DNA of 64,000 nucleotides from Thraustochytrium aureum (Eukaryota). How positions within the stretch are numbered: the stretch's first letter is position 1; every line of letters begins with the position of its first letter. The notes under the pieces are model-generated. The model searched no databases and was not told the DNA's origin. It worked only from the letters and a program-made list of their open reading frames with translations. Positions 46,793-57,560 of the stretch are shown here, one piece after another. The translations under genes and the position numbers were made by a program. Location: assembly GCA_012862495.1 (NCBI GenBank), contig BLSG01000153.1:1-64000 (forward strand), written 5' to 3'.

Positions 46793-49700
46793 AAATGCCG
46801 GATTGCTCGCAGGGCTGGCGGCGACAAGCGTGGTCTTGCTCGCTGCGCTGCTCGCTGTTTGTGTTCGCGTGCGGTTCAGGTGGTGGCTGCTCCCTTGGCT
46901 GGTTTCCAAGCAGAGATGGCTGTTTCCATTCGCCGCCCAACGCAGATCCCTGTGGCTGTTTCACCGCAGCATTCAGGGCGCTTGCGGAGCCGTGGCGCTC
47001 CTGGCAGCAGGCCTTTTGGTCTCAGTTGGCGCCTCGGTGGCGGCGCTGTACACCGAGTCCAGGTGGGGCCACTTTACGCAAAAGCCGCTCAGTGCGTATT
47101 TTTTCGTTGCATACCTCGTGGTTTTGGGGATTATCGCGGCGTTCTGGTCGGCAAACCAGTGGGCGCTCGCTCCGCAACTTCGCATGATGTCTGTCCTGAG
47201 CGACAAAATGTCTGCGCTGGAGAGTGCCGGGCGGGGCTCGGCGACCTGGGGCCATCGGCTCGAGCGATACCTTCGCCCCGTGCTGCTTGGCCTCATCGCG
47301 CTCGCAGTGGGCTTGAACATGCTCGCCAATCTCTTCCTCCTCCCGTTTGGCGAGTGTCGCTGGGACTGGCGCAAGCCCTGTGTGGGCACAAATTCGTCTG
47401 GAGTCTTTGAGCCCCCAATAAGTGACGCTTGGCCAATTGGAGGGACGTGGCTCTTTATCCACTTCAACGCGATGCTGGTCATTTGCAGCATCTTTCTCGC
47501 CGATCTCGACATCCATGCCGGAGCAGACCTGCTCGTGGAAACACAGGCCCTGGTGGCAGAGAGCCTCATGCGCTACGGCGTTGCGGCCACGCGTGACGAC
47601 GTCAGCGCCTTCTTGGTCGAGTCTGAGACTGGCGACGTCGCCAACCCTGGCGCGTATACTGACTCGGGAGGCCCTGGTCCCGCGGCTGACGCGGAGCTTG
47701 CAGCCACAGGCGACTTCACGGACTTGGCAGCTAGCAACAAGCGCGAGCTGCCGGCCCGCGGCCCGAGNNNNNNNNNNNNNNNNNNNNNNNNNNNNNNNNN
47801 NNNNNNNNNNNNNNNNNNNNNNNNNNNNNNNNNNNNNNNNNNNNNNNNNNNNNNNNNNNNNNNNNNNNNNNNNNNNNNNNNNNNNNNNCCCGCGCCGTGT
47901 GGAGAACGCTCCAAGACTCTAGCGACATCTTGCGCGTGGGGGAGCGGAGTTTCGCTGGCGCAAGCTCTTCGAGCCAGGGCTCCGAAGGGCTGCGCCATCG
48001 AGCTACCGAGCCCGAGGACGAGGCCTTTGGCGACGCAGCCTCGCTGGCCAGGGCGCACGACGCCGCCCACGTAAACAACGGGTTTGTGAGCATTACCAAG
48101 ACGTACCTGCACGAGCTGACGGCCTCGTACCGCCGCGTGTTGCGCAAGTGGTTCCTGATCACATACGCGCTCAGCGTGCTGGTGCTCGTGGCGCACGCCT
48201 CGCTGCACACCGCCTACATGCGAACGTCGTTCACCTTCTTCCAGATTGCAGGAATTCTCTTGACCGACACGATGCTGCTCGTCAAGTACAGCGCCAGCAC
48301 GCACCGCAAGGGCCGCGTTCGCGCCTGCGGCAGCTCGACGCACGGGCTTGGGATGGAGGCGTGCCACCTCTCGGCCGTGGCCGTGGCGGCCCGCCTCGTG
48401 CTTGTCTGCGCCCCTGGTCGCCGCACGAGCCCCGGCGCGTACTGGTTTGTGGGCCAGTGCCTCATGTATGCCATAACCAGCGCATATCTCCTGAGTATGC
48501 TGCTGTCCGACTATGTGGGACGCGGCGCCGCACAGTTTTGGGCCTACCAACGCGAGCAGATGGCTGCGCCGCGACGCTTGGGTCGCTCCCAGACCTGGTC
48601 GGTTGCAGTGCGCGCCTGGGCGCTCGCGTCGCGGGAGATCACGCTCGGCATATTCACGGTCTATCTGGCTGTGCTCTCCTGGGTGCTGAGCGTTCCAGGA
48701 AGCGCGCGAAACCTGTACATGGCTGCCGAAGCGGACGCAAGCGGGGTCGCGTCGCTTGAAGTGCTGGGCCAGCCGGTCCCCTTGTGGATGTTCGGAGCCT
48801 TGTCCCTGCTGTTTGCGGCCAACGTTTCCGTCTGCGGCGCAGCGGTGCTTGCTTTCCGCAATTGGCAGCGCGGAGACTCCGATGCCGGGCTCGGCTCGAC
48901 GGCGGCGCCCGCTCGGCGTCCGCCGCCGACAGAACCGATTCGCTCTGCGGGCGGGCAGAGCTCGGCGTCGACCGCTTCTGCTTCGCTCAGCTCAGGTGAC
49001 AGCGTTCCACGGTGCTTGCCCGGTTTGCGCGGTGAAGGCGCCGAGCCAAGCAGCTTCCGCGCTGAGTACTCGGAACAAGTTGAATCAGCGTCTGCATCTG
49101 GCTCGCTCGCCGGCTCGTCGGTGTGGTCGTCGGCGGCGCCGTCGTCGGAAGCGGCTGCACGCTTGGAGCCCTCCGACGCGAAGGCGCCTGCGGACAATCT
49201 GGACGAGGTCGCAGTGGGGCGCGACCGGGGGCCACCGTCCTGCTGGTCCGCCAAGCGATGTGCAAAGGTTTCGCTGCTGGTGCTGCTTGCTTTCGCAGCG
49301 CCGGCGTACACCGCGTGGTTTATCTCAGTCGTCATGTTTTCCAATGTGCCATACATCTCCTTGACAGGGACGGTGGTCACTCTCGTGCCAGCGCTCGGGG
49401 TTGGTGCTGCAGCACACGCCACGTGGGCGGCGGACGACTACCGGCTCGTGCTTCCGACGAGCCAGGTGAGCGGGAGCGAGCTCGAAGCGCGGCGGTGGCG
49501 CAATGCGGGCATGATCGCGAGTTGCACCTTTGTGACGCTCTGCATTGCGCTGTTCGGGTACTCGCTCGAGCTCGAGGTTGGGTCTGCTTCTGGGGTCAAC
49601 CTTCCGACGACCTTCAAGATCCTGTACCCGTCGGCGCTGTTTTCCATCGTGTGCGGCCTCCTTGCCGCAGAGCTCTGGTTCAACACCTTGCAGGTGACTC

Positions 49701-52555
49701 TGGGGTTCGCCGCGCTGTGCACTCTTCATGTAGCGGCGCTGGCAGTGGCTTGCTTGTACGGTCTGCGCGAAGCGCGGCGGAACCGCCTGGCCCTCTACGA
49801 CTCGGTGACGGACCTGTCTGCGGTGGTCATGGTTCTTGTCCCGCTTGTCATCCTTGTAGGGGCTTCGCTGCGGAGCTACATGGACAACGCGTTCAAGCTC
49901 AACGGGGTCGTCGTTGTGGCTGGGCTGGTCAGCGTGCTCATTGCAGTGGGAGCCGGGGTGCTCTTTTGCCGCCGCTTTGGCGCCCTTGGAGGCGCCGTGT
50001 ACTCGATTTGCGCCGTGCTCGTGTTCGCTTTTAGCGGAATCTTCATGTGGCTTCGCTCGACGCGCCGCGACCAAGCTGCGCCTCGCAAGCGGCTCTTCGT
50101 CCTGGTGTTTGCTGTGGTGCTGCTCCTCTGCGCGGCGGGCCTGTGGGACCTCTTTACGACAGACTCGGCCTTGTTCGGCGAGATTGTGGACCCGTACGGT
50201 GGGCTTTCGTACTTGCTGGCCGCTGCAGTCGTCTTGGGGCTGGCGGGCACGGCGTGGAGCTACGGCCACTACAGGGACATGGAAGCAAGCGCGACGTGCG
50301 AGAGCCCGTCCTCCTCGCTCCTTGGCATTCCATGCATCGCCTTCAAGGTCGAGCACAAGGGAGGCGAGCTCATGCTGCAAAACGCCGTGATGCACCGCCA
50401 GGTCTCGCTCATGCTACTCTTCCAGGTCGCCTCCTACATCGTTTGCCAAGCTGGCAACCCGAACATCGGCGTCGTGCTCGGATCGATTGCGATGTGCGGC
50501 TTGCAGATTTTCGCGCTGCACATGGCCCTGGCGCGCAACATGGCGTTCCGCCGCAATTTGCTGGCCATCGAGCACTTGAGCGGGCTAGACCACGTCTTCA
50601 NNNNNNNNNNNNNNNNNNNNNNNNNNNNNNNNNNNNNNNNNNNNNNNNNNNNNNNNNNNNNNNNNNNNNNNNNNNNNNNNNNNNNNNNNNNNNNNNNNNN
50701 NNNNNNNNNNNNNNNNNNNNNNNNNNNNNNNNNNNNNNNNNNNNNNNNNNNNNNNNNNNNNNNNNNNNNNNNNNNNNNNNNNNNNNNNNNNNNNNNNNNN
50801 NNNNNNNNNNNNNNNNNNNNNNNNNNNNNNNNNNNNNNNNNNNNNNNNNNNNNNNNNNNNNNNNNNNNNNNNNNNNNNNNNNNNNNNNNNNNNNNNNNNN
50901 NNNNNNNNNNNNNNNNNNNNNNNNNNNNNNNNNNNNNNNNNNNNNNNNNNNNNNNNNNNNNNNNNNNNNNNNNNNNNNNNNNNNNNNNNNNNNNNNNNNN
51001 NNNNNNNNNNNNNNNNNNNNNNNNNNNNNNNNNNNNNNNNNNNNNNNNNNNNNNNNNNNNNNNNNNNNNNNNNNNNNNNNNNNNNNNNNNNNNNNNNNNN
51101 NNNNNNNNNNNNNNNNNNNNNNNNNNNNNNNNNNNNNNNNNNNNNNNNNNNNNNNNNNNNNNNNNNNNNNNNNNNNNNNNNNNNNNNNNNNNNNNNNNNN
51201 NNNNNNNNNNNNNNNNNNNNNNNNNNNNNNNNNNNNNNNNNNNNNNNNNNNNNNNNNNNNNNNNNNNNNNNNNNNNNNNNNNNNNNGAGCGTCGTCGCGC
51301 TCGACCGCAAGCTGATGGACCGTGTTCTGCCGCTTCGCCAACCGAGTTGGCTTGGGCGCGGCCAGGTGCTCGTGCGGCTCTATTCGGACGGCGAGTGGGA
51401 GGACGTCGTGGTGGACGACTGCATCCCGTGCGCGCTAGATCGCAGCCTGGAGCGGGGCGCCGGAGCTGGCGGGGCGGCGAGGGTTGTCGAGGCGCCCCCC
51501 GACGCGGGCCAGCACCGCCTCCCCCTGCCGCTGTACTGCCGAAGTAGGAGCGGCGAAGTGTTGTGGCCGCTGATGATCGAAAAGGCCTTTGCGAAGCGCG
51601 CGGGTTCGTACGAGGCGCTCACGCGGGGCCACGTCAATTCGGCCCTTGTCGACCTGACCGGCGGGTTTTCGCAGGTGGTCTCCCTCCGTGAGGACATCGA
51701 GCTGACCGAGTCTGGCGCGCTCTGGGACAAGCTGCTGAGCGCTGAGCGAAAGGGCCTCCTGCTGGCTGTCGGGTCGCCGGCGGTGGACGAGACGGGCGAG
51801 TTTGAGCTTGCGGACGGCAGCCGGTCGACCGACGAAAACGGGATCGTGCACGGGCACGCCTACTCGATCGTTCGCGTGGCGGAAGAAGTGGACCGGAACG
51901 GACGCCACCGCCTCGTGCAGATGCGCGACCCCTGGGGCGCTTGCCAGTGGCGGGGCCGCTGGTCAAGCAGGGACGTGGACAGCTGGACGCGTCGGATGCG
52001 CAAGCGGCTTGGTGACCCTGACCGGGCGACTCGGCGGCGGGCACCTTTTGGATTTGCTTTGAGGACGTCGTGCTCTCTTTCAAGTGGCTGTACATCTGCC
52101 AACTGTTCGACGACTCGCGATTCAGCACGCGCGCAAGTGTGCGAGGGAGCTGGCATGGCGGGCGCGGCTCGGACCAGTTTGGTTTGCGGATCGCTGCTGC
52201 GGGTGCGGACCGCGAGGTCGGCGCGTTTGCGACAGTGTTTGTTTCGATTCGAAACACGACGCCAAGAGACCCCTCGGTGCCGTTCTTGCGAGCGCCGTTC
52301 ATGTCGCTCTTGCTCGTTGACGTCGGCGGCCGCCGCGTGGGGGCGGAGAGCATTTTGGTCAAGAGCATTGTGGCCAGTACAGGGAACTACAAGGACGTGC
52401 GGGACCTTTCCTTTGAAGCGCGCCTGCCGGTGGACGGGAGCAAAGTCTACACCCTGTTTGCGTCGCTGTTTCCTGCCGAGGAGCGCGGGAGCTTTACGAT
52501 AACCGTCTTTAGCGAGACAGACTTTGCGCTCGCGCCTCTCGATGAGCTCTGCTAG
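46793..52555 (+). CDS. Multi-pass transmembrane calpain (DEK1/TML-calpain-like), broken by gaps and a frameshift near 52025
   Basis: Many TM helices lie in 46793-50600. After the gap come CysPc motifs WEDVVVDDCIP, LWPLMIEKAFAK..GSYEAL, DLTGG, GHAYSI, RDPWG and GTFWICFED, then a C2L-like tail (GSWHGG...LFPAEERGSFTITVFS). Joining across gaps is inferred. Confidence 0.75.
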
Positions 52556-52655
52556 CCTTTGCGCGCGTCCAAACGAGGCACACCTGATCGCAAAACCGTG
52601 ATATTTATAAGTGTATACGTATCGGCCGGCCAACCCAAAGCCGAGCAAGTCAGGG

Positions 52656-52698
52656 CTACTTGTAGATGGGGGCGGACTACTTGTAGATGGGGGCGGAG
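52656..52698. repeat. 21-bp tandem duplication CTACTTGTAGATGGGGGCGGA x2
   Basis: Visible directly in the sequence. Confidence 0.9.
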
Positions 52699-52736
52699 TG
52701 GCCCCGGCGGCGTCAGCGAGCGCTGCTGACCCGCGC

Positions 52737-52988
52737 TCAGCCAGCCGGGCAGCAGCAGCAGAAGAAGACCGGCCCGCTACTCAGCAACAGCATAGTCAAA
52801 ATCACCGTGACCATCATCGCATTGCCTTGCCCATTATCATCCTGCAGAACCTCCCCGTTCGCCGTCACAACCTGCAGCTTCCTTGCCGCCCACCCGTCGT
52901 GTTCCACCGGTGGGCCGCGCAGTGCCGCGCCAAGCTCGGCCTGCAACAGGGCAATCAGCACTGTCACCACAAGCGCAACCAACTTCAT
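52737..52988 (-). CDS. Small (83 aa) signal-peptide plus single-TM protein with a Cys string
   Basis: MKLVALVVTVLIALLQAELGAA signal-like N-terminus, then AMMVTVILTMLLLSSGPVFF TM, then CCCCPAG-stop. Confidence 0.5.
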   Translation of the reverse strand: MKLVALVVTVLIALLQAELGAALRGPPVEHDGWAARKLQVVTANGEVLQDDNGQGNAMMVTVILTMLLLSSGPVFFCCCCPAG

Positions 52989-54649
52989 CGCCTTACTCAC
53001 AGCCGCTCGGCCGCTCGGCCGCCGACCGCGGCCCTGGCCGTCGCTGCGCCCGACTCCGCGTCCTCCCGCGCGGCTTTCGCGCTGCTTTTCGGTGGTTCGC
53101 CGCAGCAGTGCGCGACCAGAAGGGAGCCTGGAGTTGCGCGATGTTCTCCTGTTCTCGAGTTGCACGTGCCCGCCTAAACTGTGCTCGCGCCTGGCCGGCG
53201 GGGTCACGGCGGCGGCGAGCAGCAGCAACGCGTCGCGGCAGCCAGCCTCGGCGGCAGCCGCGTCGGGCCCTCCTAGCTGCGACGCATGGGCGATGAAATG
53301 TTCGGCAGCAGGCGCTGTCGAGGACAGGCTGCACCAGAACTCGTCGAGCTCCAAAGGCACCGCTTGCGGCGCGCACAGCTGTCTGTCCTTGCATGAGCGC
53401 TGGCCCAACGAGCAGTCAGTCAGTCAGTCAGTCAGTCGTCAATGACCTGCAAGGCCAGGCGACGCAGCGCTGCGAGCGTCAACCAACACATCCGACTTGC
53501 GTACTCAACGCGCAGAACCGCAGCCAGCCACCGCTTCTCGCCTGCGTGGTTCTGAAGATCATCGNNNNNNNNNNNNNNNNNNNNNNNNNNNNNNNNNNNN
53601 NNNNNNNNNNNNNNNNNNNNNNNNNNNNNNNNNNNNNNNNNNNNNNNNNNNNNNNNNNNNNNNNNNNNNNNNNNNNNNNNNNNNNNNNNNNNNNNNNNNN
53701 NNNNNNNNNNNNNNNNNNNNNNNNNNNNNNNNNNNNNNNNNNNNNNNNNNNNNNNNNNNNNNNNNNNNNNNNNNGACGGCAGCGCAGCGCAAAGCGCTCC
53801 CTCCGCTCGAGCAGGCAGTGATCGATCGCGCTCGCCCTTTTCCGCTCACCGAAAACGAGGGTGGGCCAGTCGACGAAACACTAAGTGCGACAATGCGCGA
53901 TGCGGGACAGCTCTCGGCGACGCAGACCCGCCAAGTGCCAACAGCGTCGCTCGGCTGTGGAGGCGCGCCTGTGGCCAACTTGTCGCCGTTTTCCGAGGCC
54001 GCGATCCACGGCCGGCGAGGCGCACTGCCGCTCAGAGGTTCCGCCGACAGGCGCTCCACCATCAAGGAACGAACGGGGCAGACAACGCTGGCGTCCCTTC
54101 CGCCTTCGAATTTCGAAGCGGACGAGGCGAAACGCTCGTGACGGTTTCGCGCGTGCGCCTGGCCCGCCTGCTCCTCGGCGCGGGCCGGCCCCGGGCCGCC
54201 TTGTCCAACCCAGGCACACAAGATGTGGAAGCCAGCGAGGCTCGTCGGGCGCGGCGGGCAAAGCTCGGGCTTGCGAGTTATCAGGCGGGCCAGCGCGGCT
54301 AGCGCTCCATGCGTCTCTGTTGTTTGAGCCCGGTCGAGCGCCACGTCAACTCCAAATGCGGCGCTCGTCTTCCCACGACCGACCGGGCTCCTTGCTCAAG
54401 CTCGAGACGCCGCACTAGCAAAGCCCCTCTCCTTTCCAGTCCATGCATGCATCCATGCGTGGCCTTGGTCGGCGCGAGCTCTCCATCCCACGAGCCCAAT
54501 CCGGGCGGCGTTCGCACGACGGCAGACATCACGGTGGGCGTTCGACCCACCTTGCTCGCGCACTTTTTCCCAGACCGCTCATGCAGTCAGTGGCGAATCG
54601 CTCTGGCCAGGAAGGCAAGAAAGCCCAAGAGCTCTTGAGCGGATTCACT

Positions 54650-54665
54650 GCAGCAGCACCACCAC

Positions 54666-54699
<34 letters not shown>

Positions 54700-54930
54700 T
54701 CGATCCTCCGAGCGACGAGGGATGGAAAACCGCCCGTTCAAGTTGCGAGTCTCCTTGAAACGCCTCTTTGCTCGCACCAGCCGGGGAACGAGGCATACGA
54801 AAAAAATGCGCGCGAGCTGCGCACGGCTTCTGGGCCACTTGCAGAGGTGGTGGCGGTTCTCTGCGACAGAGAGCTGCTGTTGTTGCTGGTTGTTGCTGGT
54901 CTGGTGGTGGTGGTTGTTGTTGTTGTTTGC
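54650..54930. repeat. Trinucleotide microsatellites ((CAG)n at 54650-54699; (TTG/TGG)n at 54874-54928)
   Basis: Visible directly in the sequence. Confidence 0.85.
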
Positions 54931-55273
54931 TGGAGGTTTTTCGCGTTTTTTTTGCATTGGCGGTCGGTTTTGCGTGGAGGCTCCAAGATGCTCATGCTCG
55001 CCCCAACGCGACAAGCCCATCGCTATCGGTAGACACCGTTCGCTCAGATCGAAGTCGCGCGCCCAGCCAGCAACACAGGCATTGATCGCTGCACGCGCGC
55101 AAGCAAGCGAGAAGCATCCGGACCTGCAAGCACGGCAACGTGCTCGAACGAGCCGAGCTACGCGGGCCACGGCAGCAGCCAAGTGTCGAGTCGCTCGCTG
55201 ACGGCGCGGCACCAACACGAAAGCCGACAAAGGGCGCGGGCCGCGCTGCACGCGAAGGACGGAAGGGGGCGCA

Positions 55274-57280
55274 ATGGTGGCCAGTATCGACAGCGACATG
55301 CCGCCGCCGCCGCCGCTCAACCAGCTGGACGCCGACGACGCGGTCGAGATCGATCTCGCGCCAAGCGCCTCAGCTCTGGTGAAGAGTCTAAAGAATACAC
55401 AGCGAGCGATGCGAGGCATCAAGTCGAGCGCGCCGAGAGCGTCGACGACGAAATGGCCGAACAAGAAAACGAGACCTCGTCAGAAGTCGACATGGTCAGA
55501 GTCTACCTCCGGCTGCGGCCGCAGCCAAAGTCGAACAACGCGCCGAGCGACCTCGAGTTCAGCGCCTGCGCGGACGACGCTCTGCTGGTACTGGACGAGA
55601 GCACCGTGCAGACCGTGGCCCCGGAGGACTCGCAGTCTTTCAAGAACCGCGAGACCGGCGGCAACTACAAGTTCACGCGCGTCTTCACCAAGCCAACGTC
55701 GCAAGAGGAGCTCTTCAAGGAGACGACGAGCAGCCTGGTTGAGACCCTTGTCAAGGGCAAGGATGGCCTGCTGTTCGCCTACGGCGTAACCAACGCAGGC
55801 AAAACGTACACGGTCNNNNNNNNNNNNNNNNNNNNNNNNNNNNNNNNNNNNNNNNNNNNNNNNNNNNNNNNNNNNNNNNNNNNNNNNNNNNNNNNNNNNN
55901 NNNNNNNNNNNNNNNNNNNNNNNNNNNNNNNNNNNNNNNNNNNNNNNNNNNNNNNNNNNNNNNNNNNNNNNNNNNNNNNNNNNNNNNNNNNNNNNNNNNN
56001 NNNNNNNNNNNNNNNNNNNNNNNNNNNNNNNNNNNNNNNNNNNNNNNNNNNNNNNNNNNNNNNNNNNNNNNNNNNNNNNNNNNNNNNNNNNNNNNNNNNN
56101 NNNNNNNNNNNNNNNNNNNNNNNNNNNNNNNNNNNNNNNNNNNNNNNNNNNNNNNNNNNNNNNNNNNNNNNNNNNNNNNNNNNNNNNNNNNNNNNNACCC
56201 AGTGATCCACGCGCTCTTGTACGAGCTCGCGGACGCCCGCATGCGATGCGTCACACTCGAGGCGGAGATCCGCGAGGAAGTCGCCGAGGAGATGTCGCAG
56301 CGGCTCGAGGAGATGGAGGCCGTCTTCCGAAAGCGCGTCGACGCAGCGAAGCAGATCTCGGACAACAAGTCCGACATGCTGCTCAAAAACCTCCGAAAAC
56401 GCATGGGCGAGGGCGGTAAAGCCAACTTGTACACCATGGAGGAGATCGAGGCGCTTGTGCAAAGCATCAACGAGTGCGAGGAGGAGATGGGCCGAATGCG
56501 GCAGCTCCACGCTGCCGATACGAGCATTCTGCGGCGCGAGATCGAACAGCTGCGCGCTGCGGCCAAGCTCGGCCCGGACGCGGCGGCCGCAGTCGAGTCC
56601 AGCCAGACGGCCTCTGCGGCCGAGGGTGGCTCCTTCAAGGCCTCGTCGCGCGCGGCGCGCCGCAAGAGCACCGAGGCGCAGCGCCAGTCCTTCGAGCGCA
56701 TCGACCGCCTCGTGGTCGACCAGCTCGACAGCATCTCGCGGCTCAAAGACGAGCTCGCCGAGGAGCGCGCCCTCCACGAGAAGACCATCAAGCAGCTCGA
56801 GTCGGCCACGCAGCTTGCCAAGGACGCTCAGGTCGGCGAGGCCGACGCCGAGCGCCAGCTCGTCTCGGCCCGCCTCGAGTCGGACCAGCTCCGGGAAAAG
56901 CTGAAAAAGGCCAAGAAAGGCGGCCGCGAGCCGGCCACCTCGACCGCAGGGAGTTGTTGCGCGGGATCTCGTCGCCGCAAATGAGCCTCCGGGCCGCTAT
57001 CGCGCGCAAGTCTGCAAAGTCGCGCAAGGCGGCGGCGAGCGACGCCGACCGGCCCGTGTCGCAGCTCGCTTCGGGAGTGCGTATCTTGCGAAGCCACAAC
57101 TCGGCGCCGTCGTTCGACGAGGCCTGGCTGGCGAGCCACCGCGTCGACAGCGATGCCGACTCGGTTGACAGTCGCTTGCGCAGCGACAAGGAGAACGGGG
57201 GCACCGACTCGTTCAAGTCAGACGGCTCCTTCCGGCGCGGCCTTGTTAGCCGCATGGTGGGTCGCATGCGCCCCAGGTAG
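55274..57280 (+). CDS. Kinesin-6 (KIF20/MKLP-like); most of the motor in gap, coiled-coil tail, probable frameshifts near 55420 and 56930
   Basis: VRVYLRLRP, YKFTRVF...SQEELF and LLFAYGVTNAGKTYT (kinesin-6-type P-loop), then LEAEIREEVAEEM coiled coil after the gap. Start may instead be 55453. Confidence 0.8.
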
Positions 57281-57560
57281 CGAGCCGGCTTTGCCCTCGC
57301 GGCAGGGCCGAGCTGCCCAGCTTTGCGCCGAAGCGCCGCTTGCGACTTTCCACTGGGTTGCGATAGTCCCAGTATCTGCTGTGCGTGCAGGTAGCGGCTG
57401 CCCTCGGCGGTCTCGCTCGTGTGAGCTTGTGCAAGCGCGAGCAGCGCGTACTCGAGTACAATGCGACGCGTGGACGCAGCCTAGCTCAAGGCGACCTTGC
57501 AGATCAGAAAATATGTAGAGTTTTTTCTCGGTGTCCTTCCTTCTGAAGCTCTAGAGTAGC

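Noticed and set aside
52713..52739. Selenocysteine readthrough of the TGA after CCCCPAG
   Set aside because: No SECIS-like ATGA..AA..GA stem was seen downstream, and there is no similarity to a known selenoprotein.
54443..55464. ORFs with poly-Ala/Gln/Asn tracts
   Set aside because: They are explained by trinucleotide microsatellites upstream of the kinesin and contain no domain signal.
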